The notes beneath the pieces were generated by a model. It did no database searches. It saw nothing but the letters and a program-made list of their open reading frames with translations, and was not told the origin of the DNA. DNA of 64,000 nucleotides from Phoronis australis (Eukaryota > Animalia > Phoronida): assembly GCA_002633005.1 (NCBI GenBank), contig NMRA01000312.1, positions 391,850 through 455,849 on the forward strand. The letters are read 5' to 3'. Position numbers and translations under genes: made by a program. Positions 38,230-49,600 of the stretch are shown here, piece after piece. Position 1 is the first letter of the stretch. Every line of letters starts with the position of its first letter.

Positions 38230-39065
38230 ATTACCGATAAACCGTTTACATAAGCGACTCTATGCCTGATGTAACTTTCTACAGTGATAGTATCTTCAAA
38301 ATGTTGCAGAGCCTTAACCCTCATAAAGCCGCTGGTCCATATGAAATATCTCCTCACATTCTTAAAGCTGCAGAAGTTGAACCAGTCCTTCGAAAAATGT
38401 TTACCAAATCATATCAATTATCTGCAGCCCCGTCAGAACGGCGAACTGCAAATGTAGCACCCATCTTCAAAAAAGACGATAAAACCTTGGCTTCAAATAA
38501 CGCACAATACCACAGCGTGGTTTTCGTGGTCGTACATCATGCGAAATACAACTTGTCACTTTCGTAGATGACCTACTCCAAACTATGGAGGCAGGCACTC
38601 CTAAGCCGCTGCTGTTGTGCTGGACTTCTCCAAAGCCTTCGATAAGGTATCTCATCCAAGACTCTTTGGAGAAGTTCAGATACTACGGTGTGAGGGGTCT
38701 CACTCACAACTGGATCGAATCCTTACTGTCTGACAGAACACATAGAGTCGCTGTGGATGGCGAGTTCTCAAATTCTTCTCCAATACAGCCCAGGGTGCCC
38801 AAGAGCTCTGTCCTTGGTCCTGAACTCTCCATACTATATATTAACGACCTTCCTGACTCCATTTTTCAAGCGTCCACCTCTCTTCCAATGATGCAGTCCT
38901 CTACAGACCTATTGCTTCACCCATGATTGCCTATTTCAGCATGACTCCCTCGCCTCCTGGGAAACTTCCTGGAAAATGTATTTCAACGTTTCAAAATGCA
39001 ATACTCTACGTGTCCACAGATAACGTTGCTCCATAATGTAACATTACAATCTTTACAACTCACTG
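38230..39065 (+). mobile_element. Degenerate non-LTR retrotransposon (CR1/L2-group) reverse transcriptase fragment
   Basis: Frameshifted motifs LNPHKAAGPYEI, ANVAPIFKK, LDFSKAFDKV, YYGVRGLTHNWIESLLSDRTHRVAVDG, SVLGPEL..LYINDLP. Confidence 0.9.
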
Positions 39066-39509
39066 TTCACATGCATAAACCTCTTTAATATGATTCAGTT
39101 TACCTTACCTTTGGTAACGGAAATTTCATTCAATATTAGGTTCTGATACTTGTATAAAATGTCAAAATACTTGTCATACAATGAAATAAATATTTTATCA
39201 AAGCTAAAGAAGTACGGCCTATTGTCCTTTTAATGTATCTGAGCATATTACAGTCGTAAGGGATAATTGTTGCAACCAGATCTCATACAGGTTGTGAGAT
39301 AAAGTTAATGTCACACATTGTCAACGTAAGTCTGCTTCAAGTAATTGTATGACAAAGCGTTAAGTATCCCAAATTTGCAAGGCGTGCTTGTTAAATCATA
39401 AACCACAGTCACTTATTGGCGATGACCTATGAATTTATGTAAAGTACGGCCTCAATTAAAGTAACGAGAATTTCAAAATCAGTAACGGGAATTTATGTTC
39501 TTTAGGTAC

Positions 39510-40500
39510 TGCCAAAAACTAGCGCCGAGATCCAGCGCGCCGATCGCGAGAGGCAGAAACAGTATTGAGAAAGGAAAGGCTACGAAAAAACAACAGTAAC
39601 GTGCCATTTTCACAGTTCTCTGAAAGTGATAGAAAGAAAAGAAACCTCAGTAACAGAGCGAATCTCGAGAAGGTTTATGAAGGATGAAAGGCACACGCCA
39701 TAGTGACAGAGACGAGTGGCTACGAATCTGAGCAATGAGTTTCATAAGGAAGGAGAAACCTCCGAGTTAAAATGGACCATCAATGAAATGACAAAAGACG
39801 TAACGCGTCAATAAGGTGGAACAGGAGCCCCTCGGAAGCCGTTTGTTAGAGCAAGAACACGCGTCATTCGTGAAAAATGTGAGGGCTACTCAAAAACGCA
39901 TTCAAAGGACACAAGCACAACAGCAGGACACAGAAGTCAAGCACTGTTATCAATGAACACAGCTAACCGAGCGGATGAAGGACGTTGCAGGTCTCCATAA
40001 GCAACAAAGACAGAAAATACGCAGGTCATTCCTGTCCGGCAATGTGATGGCGAAAGAAATTTTGGAAACACGAAACAGTACACCGAGAAGTGCAAGAAAG
40101 GCGGGTATCGCAGGTTGGATTGTCAAAAAGTGCAAGTGCATATTGACGTTGTGTCAAAAAGTACAAGTGCATATCGACGTTGTCGACGTTGTCCAAGAGG
40201 ACTGGCCTGTATAGATATACCTTAGGAAGTACTGACAGCACGCTTCATCGGCTGAAGAAATGCAAAAGAACATGTAAAGGCGAAAGTGGTCGTGACATGG
40301 TAGGACTCTCCCTGGAAAAAACGATGCGCAAAGAATGCAGAATGAACAAAACGTTCAAGCACACGTACTTACAGACTGACTACCTCAATAACCTTAAAGA
40401 AATTCAGCTCTGAAAACTATGGTGTCAACATATCCTTTGCCTCATTTTACAGATGCAGACCGAAATACATAGTGAAGACGTCATTTTTCAGAAGACTGTT
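39510..40500 (+). pseudogene. Decayed DNA transposase N-terminal region (Sola2-like)
   Basis: Fragments KIRRSFLSGNVMAKEI...GWIVKK, VQAHVLTDYLNNL, ISFASFYRCRPKYIVKTSF resemble recalled Sola2-type transposases. Confidence 0.45.
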
Positions 40501-41149
40501 ATGTCTCTTTATCCCATACGCGTTGAATCAGTCGAGTGCAGTACGGCCATGTGATAGTGTTTTCCGAATTCACCTCCCTCACTACTTCAACTGTGATCCC
40601 TGACATGGAAAGTTCAAAAGGTAGGTCAATGTCGACTCGACGTCGTTAGCCGGTTTGATCGTCAAACTTTTGCAATATAGTTTAAAGTAATACAATTGCA
40701 GCAGTGTAAATAACACTGAACATGCAGTCAGGTCCCAATAGTAATATCTGGAACAGGACTGTTAACTATATGACAGCTGGAGCGGAACCAGGATTTTGAG
40801 TTAGGGGGGGCCAGGGCACAGGACTAACCTGAATTTCTCCACATGCGCGCGCCGAGCCTAAAATGTAGGGATGTAGGGGTCTCGAATTTTTGGGTTTGAG
40901 GACCTTATTAATAAAAAACTGTAAACGGGGTTTATTTAAGGTTTATGCATTGTGCATTCGACCCCCGAGCTCCCCTTGGTGCGCGCATATGCTAGTCAGC
41001 AATTCACACCCCGAACTGCCGAATAGTATCTGGGAGAATTTTAGGGGGGCATGGCCCTCTTGCTCACCCCCCCCCNTCTCTCGTTTTCAATTTCATGACG
41101 CCTTCTCCATGGCTCCGTGACTCGACAGGACCCCAGCCCCCTTCCCTCC

Positions 41150-41795
41150 ATCCCTCCTCACATTCTAAATCACTTCCTCTCCTCGTCCCTTGCACCCGCT
41201 ACTATTCGCACATACTCCCACGTTGTCCACCATTTCACCTCCTTCCACTCCACACACTCCGACCCACCTTTCCCGTGTCCGTGGCCACTCTGTCCTCCTA
41301 CATCACCCACCTCTACTCCACTGGTTTCTCATCCGCCATCATGCATTCCCATATTTCGGCTCTCAGTTTCGTCCATAAGCTCGACTCCCTCCCTGACCCT
41401 GCCTCATACTTCTACATTCGTAAACTCCTTCGTGGAGTTTCCAAATCACGCCCCTCCTCCGAAACACGCCAGCCCATCACCTACAAAATCTTCACCTCCC
41501 TCATCAACTCTATCCCTTCTTACATCCACACTCCCATCAACATCTTCCTCTTTAAGGTCATGTTCCTCCTCGCGTTCCACGCCTTCCTGCGCAAATCGGC
41601 TGATTTACGCTACCTCCCTTTTCCCGATCCTTCACCACATGACTGTTACCATCTCCAATTTCAAACACCACCATTCCACCCCCGTTACCTTTCACATTCC
41701 TTCCTCTCCCTCTCCTTATTGTCCCGTTGCCCACCTCCGGACATATCTGGACTTATCCCTCCATTTTTCTGGACCCCTTTTCCGTCTCAGGTGAC
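41150..41795 (+). mobile_element. DIRS/Ngaro-type tyrosine recombinase fragment (frameshifted, truncated)
   Basis: SSLAPATIRTY..F [frameshift] LSSYITHLY..GFSSA..SHISALSFVHKL..LPDP..FYIRKLLRG..RQPIT...FLLAFHAFLR and CPVAHLRTYL..GPLF: SAM-like N-domain plus start of the catalytic domain. Confidence 0.85.
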
Positions 41796-42556
41796 AGTAT
41801 TGCCTGCATCTCCCACTCTGGTGTACGTATTGCCTGCGCCTCTTCCCTGCCCTGGTCAGTTTTACCTCACCCCCCACTCACATCCCCGGTGTCAGTATTG
41901 CCTGCACCTTCCCCATTAACACCATCCCCTTCCTATCGGTACATTCTTAGTCTCATTCGTAGTTTATTTTGTATTTTTTATTTCTACGGTTAATTAACTA
42001 GTCCGTTTCCACTTCCTGTCAGCCATTTTGTGAGGCCTCTGGCTATATTTTTGCTCATTTCCCTTTAACTTGTTACTCTACCTCATTTAGTTCAAGTATT
42101 GTCAGCTTTATTTCTATTATGTTAGCTATTTTGTTATTTAACTGTCTCCCTCTCCTAGTCGCTTTTGTCTGTTAGCCGTTTTGATTCTATTGTTCATTGT
42201 ATTTTAGTATTAGTTTCTCTTCCCTTTCATTTCCATTTCCGTATCGCTCCTTCCATGTTTCTTATGTTTCTCAATTTTCACTATTTTTCATGTTCCAGCT
42301 TACCTTTTATTTTGTTGTATCATACTTAAGTTCTTTAGCACTTTTTTGTGTTTATCAATATCCATTTATTCCCGCCATGACACAGGGTGCGACAACACCG
42401 GCACTTGTTCCAGCCCTGTGCAATCATTTGGCACCCGGAGTTAGGCTTGGATATCCGGCTGACAGCATTTGTAAGTAGTCTTGCACATATTTCATTTTAT
42501 TTATCTCACTTTGTGCGTCCCTGCGGATGGGCATGAGCTGTCTTACAACATCTCTT

Positions 42557-43300
42557 GTGGCGCTTTTTATTGCCCATCTTTCCAGAGATCATCATTTTTA
42601 TGTTACGTATCTGCATTTATTATATTTACTTGTAATTTTATTAGTCATAATAAATGACCTTATACCTTCTACCTCGGTCTCCTTTTCATCTCTGGTAATT
42701 TTGCGACGCACGTATCATTTATCTATTATTCAGGACATATGCAGACCATAAATAGTATTTCACTCGTTCAATATATTTATGTAAGCATATGGACCCGTCT
42801 TACTCATTTCCCCCCTCATTTCTGTTTATTCCATGATTCCTTTGTGTAGGACTACACGTCGTTTTCACAGCCTTCGTATTGGTCTGTTGTTATCACGGGC
42901 CTCGAGTTAGGTCAGCTCTTGGCTCTCATAGGCTGATGATTGTCACGTGTCCTTAGGCGTTTTCTTTGTTATTGTAACGTCGTTTTCTGTTCACCTTTAT
43001 TCCGACCACATTGTCGTACGTTCCAAAACTTATTAATTTTTCCCACCCTTTACCTCTCACTTTTTGTCATTATCTCATACTTCCTCGTGACCGGCGCTTT
43101 TGCGCTTTTTTATCGCTCATCTTTCCAGAGATTATAATTTTTATGTTACGTATATTTATTCATTATATTTACTTGTTATTGTATTAGTCATAATAAATGA
43201 CCTTATATTTCCTACTTCAGTCTCCTTTTCATTTCTGGTAACGAGCTTGCGACGCACGTATCATTTATCCATTATTCGGGACATTTGTCGATCATAAATA
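42557..43300 (+). repeat. ~200 bp direct repeat pair (42557-42753 and ~43101-43300) downstream of the recombinase
   Basis: catctttccagagat...tttttatgttacgtat...attagtcataataaatgacctta...ttgcgacgcacgtatcatttatc...cataaata occurs twice. Confidence 0.85.
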
Positions 43301-43599
43301 TTATATCGTCTGCAACTCAGGCGCCGATTCCTCAGTAACTATACTATCAAATATTGTTGTTATTTAACTATTTTCAGGAGATGTTACAAGTTCAATGCAC
43401 AGTTACCGTTGTTTTTATCTTTGTCATCTCTTTTCAAGTACTACATTTAAAATTATTTCTTTTACTAGAGAAAACTTGCAACCTTGCGCGCAAGTACATA
43501 CATACAGGATGTGATCCGCAACGTGAACAGTCTGAGCGAAGTATTTTAAAAAATCGGCCGAAAAATGAAAGAAACTTAATAATTCGAAGCGTATGGTGT

Positions 43600-43970
43600 A
43601 AATACAAAACGTACTTCGATTGACTACGCCTCTCTCGGTACGTTTTGTGCATATACCAAGCACCAGAATATAAGGCTCAATATCAAAGCACTAATACGAG
43701 CTAATTTAGATGTAAGGATACCAGCAAATTCAGGGAAGGCAGTGGAAAGCAAACCTAGTAATGAGATGCTTAGAAGATTGTTAGATGACACTGCACAGTT
43801 GAGCGCGTGGAAGCGAGTGGAAGTTGAAGAGAAAGGCAAGAAGAAGTGTGTCACTAAAATTGTAGAAACAAAACTCGAGAAAGAAGAATTGATCAAGCAC
43901 ACAGAAACTCAGATGGAAGCTTTTAAATAACGCGTGAAGCTTGTTAGCACACATTATACGAACAGATGTG
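43600..43970 (+). pseudogene. Second decayed Sola2-like transposase fragment
   Basis: TKHQNIRLNIKAL...WKRVEVEEKGKKKCVTKIVE...MEAFK*RVKLVSTHY resembles the recalled region preceding the Sola catalytic domain. Confidence 0.45.
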
Positions 43971-44004
43971 GCATCCGAAAGAGAACCTGCCGCCACATCA
44001 CCTA

Positions 44005-44483
44005 AGGCCGTATGAAGCGGGGAGCCGGGGGGGCTCGTGCCCCCCTAAAACATCTGCATGTGTCAGGGTTAAACCGTGGCAACCGACATGGGCGTGGCGC
44101 CGGGGACAGTCGAGAAAAGAAAGAAATACATATACGGATAAGAGAGAAAAATCAAGAGAACATTTGGCAACTCGATCAGTATCAGTGCATGGTTTACCAT
44201 TTGAGTGCCCTGGCCAGGACATTGTTGTTAGGGTTTCCGTTTTTGCAGAGAGGGTCCAATGTTGGAATCGATACCTCTGTTTTCCTATTTTTGTGAAATC
44301 GTACAACCGATTTTCATGGTGATTAAGGTCACCTCTTGCAAGGTCACACGACGATGGAATGAACTGTCACTCTTTTCCAAGCTTCATGATGTTTAGCTTT
44401 TCATCTTAAGGTGTCCCATTTCAGACGGGACCCTCTCTCGGTGGGGCGGTTCGGGGGAATTGTCCCTTTGTCCCTCTATACGT
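44005..44483 (+). mobile_element. Interspersed repeat (MITE-like), unsplit copy
   Basis: Inverted homologue of 36441-36682 plus 37935-38155; G-rich MITE-like left end ggccgtatgaagcggggagccggggggg. Confidence 0.75.
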
Positions 44484-44683
44484 GTAATCCGACACTGCCA
44501 AGTATTCATGAGCCGGGGGAAGTTGAGATTCCAAATTCACCAAAAATACAAAACATTCGTGCACAACATAGCAATATCAAGACATTCGATCCAAACAACC
44601 AAGAAATGTGAGAATACAATAAGATTGACCGCCATCGAACAGGTGGAATTTTGAAGAAAATGAAGACTATTATTTGTGAATTT

Positions 44684-44784
44684 CACAAAAGGAATAGAGA
44701 TTATAAAAATAATTATGCACAAAAGGAATAGAGATTATAAAAATAATTATGCACAAAAGGAATAGAGATTATAAAAATAATTAT
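44684..44784. repeat. 3 x 34 bp tandem repeat
   Basis: cacaaaaggaatagagattataaaaataattatg starts at 44684, 44718 and 44752. Confidence 0.95.
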
Positions 44785-46536
44785 ATTTTATATTTATGTT
44801 TCATTCTTATTATTACGTTAACACCTTTTTACGTCAAAATTAATTTTCAAGAAAGGTAAATTCATAGGAAAATAACCCCATGGTCGATTTTAATGAAACA
44901 TTTTATAAATGAAAGCTAAACCGGTCACCTCAAAAACGCTGTTAAGAATTTTCGCGTGCTCGTTTACTTTTGTTTCTATACCAAATTAACTCGCACAGCC
45001 TAAGGTATTTTTTGTAAAAAAGTGGCAGTCGCAGTCGTCTATCATACTGTACGCAAAAATTGGGCATTTAAAAGGAAAATCCTACTAAGTTTTTTTGAGA
45101 TTGAAGATTAAGTATCGAAATTGGAAAGATTCAACAAAATTCGCTTAGCCGTTTTGGAGAAATGTTTCTAAGTTCAAATTAAGTCGATTTACCGATTTAT
45201 TTTTTTCACAATTAACTTCCTGTGTGTGGCACAGAGGCGGTGCATGCAGACGCACAACTCGCCGGGAATCAAAACCACACCCTGCTATCTAACGTACACC
45301 TCCTGGACTCAATACTGCAGCGATTCAGCGAATGAAAAGACTAAAGATAATTACGGAAACTGATCTATGCCTGCCGGGAGATTCGATTTGAGTGACACCT
45401 TGTAATCTTAGACCCCGGATAAGCTGTAAACAACTTTCCACGCGGTTGAAGGTGGTTTTGCTCGCTACTCAGTATATATTTAGCATTGGAAGTTCCCAGA
45501 GAATAAAGATAGGGTATTTTGGTAGACATATGTGAAATATTGTAAAACCGGCCAATTCTTTTAATAAGGTTTGAGATATCCTTAAATCATTCTCCCAAAA
45601 AAACAAAGAAATGAAAAATAAAAATGAATAGCAATGAATAGTCCTTGGAAAATACACTATGCAGTGGCATAGTCCTTTAAAGAGTTCCCGCCACGCAATT
45701 TCTATGGTTTTGGGGTTTCAGTTGTTAATATGAAATGAATACAATGAAGTCTAACTAAATAAGCACGTTTTATGCCATGTCCTACTGCGGATGTCATCTT
45801 CCTTCGGATGTTGCGTTTTACCACCGGGTCACGTGGAAAACAATGGGTTGTTCACTGAGCGAAGACTGAAACCGCGACCCTTATCTCTATTTATAGCGTT
45901 AGTCGCCTACTTGATCCAAATAGACTTCCCATATACCTCGTGTGAACGCTCTTTATTTTTCCAAAAAAAATCTTGAATCTTTCTCGTAAAAAGTTTTCGT
46001 GCATGATCAAGCTTTTAGTTATCAAAATCAGTAGTGGCACTTGATTTACTTAGCCGGTTCTGCCTAGTCAACCAGCTAAAATGTTTGATTGATTCTTGAT
46101 GACGACATCTGACTTACTGACCAATCAGATGTTGGGCGACCTGGTGACAAAGCCAATCAGGTGCATCCAATGCGACCATGAACTATGGTTTCATAGTGTA
46201 CAACGCATACGGGCAAGTGTTGAAGATCTGAACATTTTAGCCATTCAACACAACTTTTAGAGCAATAACGTGATCGATTGAACTGACATCCCTTATTGGA
46301 GGTTTTCACTCGCTGAGTAATTTACAGTTCAGTGCTAAAGCCTCATCCACTGCCATGTTTGAATACCATAGATTTGGTTCGTGGTATGCACAATAATCTG
46401 TTGATTTTAAGTTTGGAACATCGTATAACACATTCAATGTGACAAATTTCATGGTATGTTTAATGATCTACGATACAGAATACGCTTAACATGATCACTC
46501 GTGTGAATTCTCAACGATAAGACGATCGTAAACCAT

Positions 46537-46631
46537 TCACATTGTTTTACAGGATCCGGAACTCTTCAAGTAAATTGGCTTGCCTTTCAAGCGCGACTCG
46601 CATTCGGCTTCCATGAACTCGCACACATTGT
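46537..46631 (-). CDS. Kazal gene terminal coding exon (second half of domain 15)
   Basis: atttcag|AC AAT GTG TGC...; NVCEFMEAECESRLKGKPIYLKSSGSCKTM*. Confidence 0.85.
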
Positions 46632-49600
46632 CTGAAATATCAACAGGAGAGTACGTGATAAATCCTAGGGTGGATGAATTAAAATAAATGGCTGTAAGCA
46701 CAAGCTTATGAAAGCTAGTACAGTAGTCTATCCAGATATCGTTTAATTAAGTGACATTACTTTGAAACCTACGGCCTATTGTAAGCATTATGAAATACGC
46801 AGGTGAAATGCAACAAACTGTGCGTAAAATTTTCCGTGCAATAGATGCAATTAAGAGATCGTCCGTGATTGATACAACGCGGTCTAGTTTTGGAAAGGTT
46901 GGCCAACCCTGTCAACTATGTACTGTTGATACTCTTGTTTACTTGGCAGTAATCTGAAAGACCTGTTTTCTACCATGAAAAAACGGTTACTGACAAAACT
47001 CAAGTTCCGTCCAAGAAGTTCTAACTTTTGATTTAGACCTCTTAGGTATACCGCATTAAAATGTTCTCAACTTGTTGCTTACGCCGATGAAAAGTGATTG
47101 CAGGGTTTGCAGAGAACTGAAAGTCCGCTTTTCCTTGAGACCATTGTCGACTCGTAAAATGACACGCCGTTCCAACCCAATTTACAGAACCTGTTCTCGA
47201 GTAATGATTAACTGCCAAGCTTCTTTCTAATCCATGAAATAACCTTTAGTTTGATTAAGGAACAATTTGAGACCATTTCACAACGGTGAATGGTCTAAAT
47301 CAAATTTTTGTCTTTGTGACGGAAGGCGGGATTATATCACCATCGAAACGAATGTTGCGCAGTTATTTCATGTCATTCCCGATGCACTCATTCCGACGCT
47401 AATAATGAAATCATACAGGGGAAGTAATTATGAGCTGAAGGCATGCCACTAAACCTGATTACGGACAGCTGTGACGAACGTCTCAGGCACAGGTTATTGT
47501 GGGGAAGCGATCAGACCGACATAACGAACTCAACTGAGCTCTATCGTCCATTTTCTGTCGTGAATTTGATATAGGAAAGAACAGCGGTGGCCTAAACAAC
47601 TTCATAATCGAGGAGTTTGGTAGCTGGTCTCGTTCACCTACGTCTAGATTAGCTGATTTATCTTCCATAGATCTGTGCTTCGTGTGTATACATTTTTGCT
47701 ATCCGTAAATAGTTTAATGGCTAAAAATTGGATGTTTATGAACGCAGAAAGTGACATCGGTGGCAAAAATTCTATGAAGCGATTATGACGTTCACAGTTA
47801 CACCAGTAACGTCAATTATTAAGCGCGTGATGACGACGACTTACTGTAGGTGATTCCGTCGGAGCCACACATTGGCGACACAACGGTTCCACACATGCGC
47901 TTGCACTGGTTATCAACAACCAGAGGTGTAGAATACGTAACTGCTCGTCTGGTTGTCAGCGTTACTTTTTTACATTGACCTTTGTACTCGAGTGTCAAGG
48001 ACTTGCCAGTCAACTTGGACATGCATTGAGCCTTCTCAAACACACACTTGTTGGCTGAAATAAAGAGGAAATGTATTGAATTATCATTATTTTCAGATTT
48101 TAACACTCAGATGGAGAAAGTCGTTAAGAAATTGTTTCCACCCAATATTTGATTCAGTGGTTCGTATAAATACGGCACTTTGTGAGAGCCTTATCTTTTT
48201 TTAGTCGACAACTGCAGGTATTGTTGTCGCGTAACATGTGCCGAAGACAACTCAATACTACATTAGAAGGCATATTACGGCAACTAAGTTATGGACCTTT
48301 GCGGATAGTATGCACTGGCGCCTAGTCACGAGAGGGGCACAACAGGGGCATGGCCCCCTGTTTATTGTAAAACACCCTTACCCGTTCAAAAATAATTTCA
48401 ATTTACGTTTGCCCTCCCACCCCTTTCTGTTCTTTGCGAAGTGCCCGCAGGTTGACACTCATTTTAACCCGCCACCCTGGTTGGACACCCCGTTCAATAC
48501 AGTGCGAATTTACACAAGCTTTACTCAAGCAATCAAAAACGGATATTTTGTGAGTCTGAATCCATTTGCACTTTTAAGTGTATGAATCACAGGTAATTGT
48601 TTTTATATTCTTTGTGGTTGCGTCAGTGATTTTTTCCGACACATACTGCAATGAACGAGACAGCGGTAACTAGCACAGAAGTGAGTGCCTTGATGTAAAC
48701 GTTTTCAAATAGCAAAGGATGTGAAAGGTGAAGAATCTAAAGTCTTTGTTTTGCTGAACTCTATGGTGGGCCGTTGAGGGGAAAGTGTCGCCGTAAAATT
48801 ACGCTCGTAATTACGAGCGTAAATTAAATTGCAGGAGTGTCGCCGTACAATTACGCTCGTAAATTAATTGAGGGAAATGTTTCCGTAAATTACGCTCGTA
48901 AAATACCTTAAGAACGTTCCAAATTTAAACCAATCAGTGTTAACCTAACATACACAACCGTTGCTGGGCAGTTCGTTCTTGCACAATCGCTGAAATTGCA
49001 GCAGCGATTTAAGCCGCCATGATTCATTGCTCGTAGCGTCGACGTGTAACCCGTCAGAAAATAAGTATTTACATGAGCGCGCGCGACCGTGAGTTGTAAA
49101 ACGTCATTGGCTAAGAGTTTAAACTAAATTACGAGCGTAATTTTACGCCATAAAGAATTAAATTACGCTCGTAATTTTATGGCGTAATTAACGGCGTAAA
49201 TAACGACGTAATGTACATAACTACGCTCGTATTTTTCCGGCGACGCTTTCCCCCCAACGGCCCATCATAGAACTCAGCTGTTTACTGAAAATCTTACAGT
49301 AGGTCCTTCCGTTAGATCCACACACCGGCTGATACAACCAGGAGCAGAAACGATTGCAGAGCTGTGCGGGTGACTTAGTAGGGGGAGCTGTTGTCGTTCC
49401 CATGGATTCGCAGGTTCCAGTGTGTCTCTGAGCGAGTTTGGTAGAGTTGAATTTTGCGATGCATTGAGCAATCTGCAGTTTGCATTGATTTTCTGAAAAG
49501 ATATGAAGCATCCATCGCTTAAACGGTAAGGTCTTTCTAGTTCCTTGGCTGATAGCGGCGGTCTCATTTTTGTAATGGTCCTGTAATGTCTGGGAGGTAC

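Noticed and set aside
45068-45680. Third Kolobok-like element (right end gtggcatagtcct|ttaa)
   Set aside because: The candidate left end matches only about 9/13 and its TSD is ambiguous.
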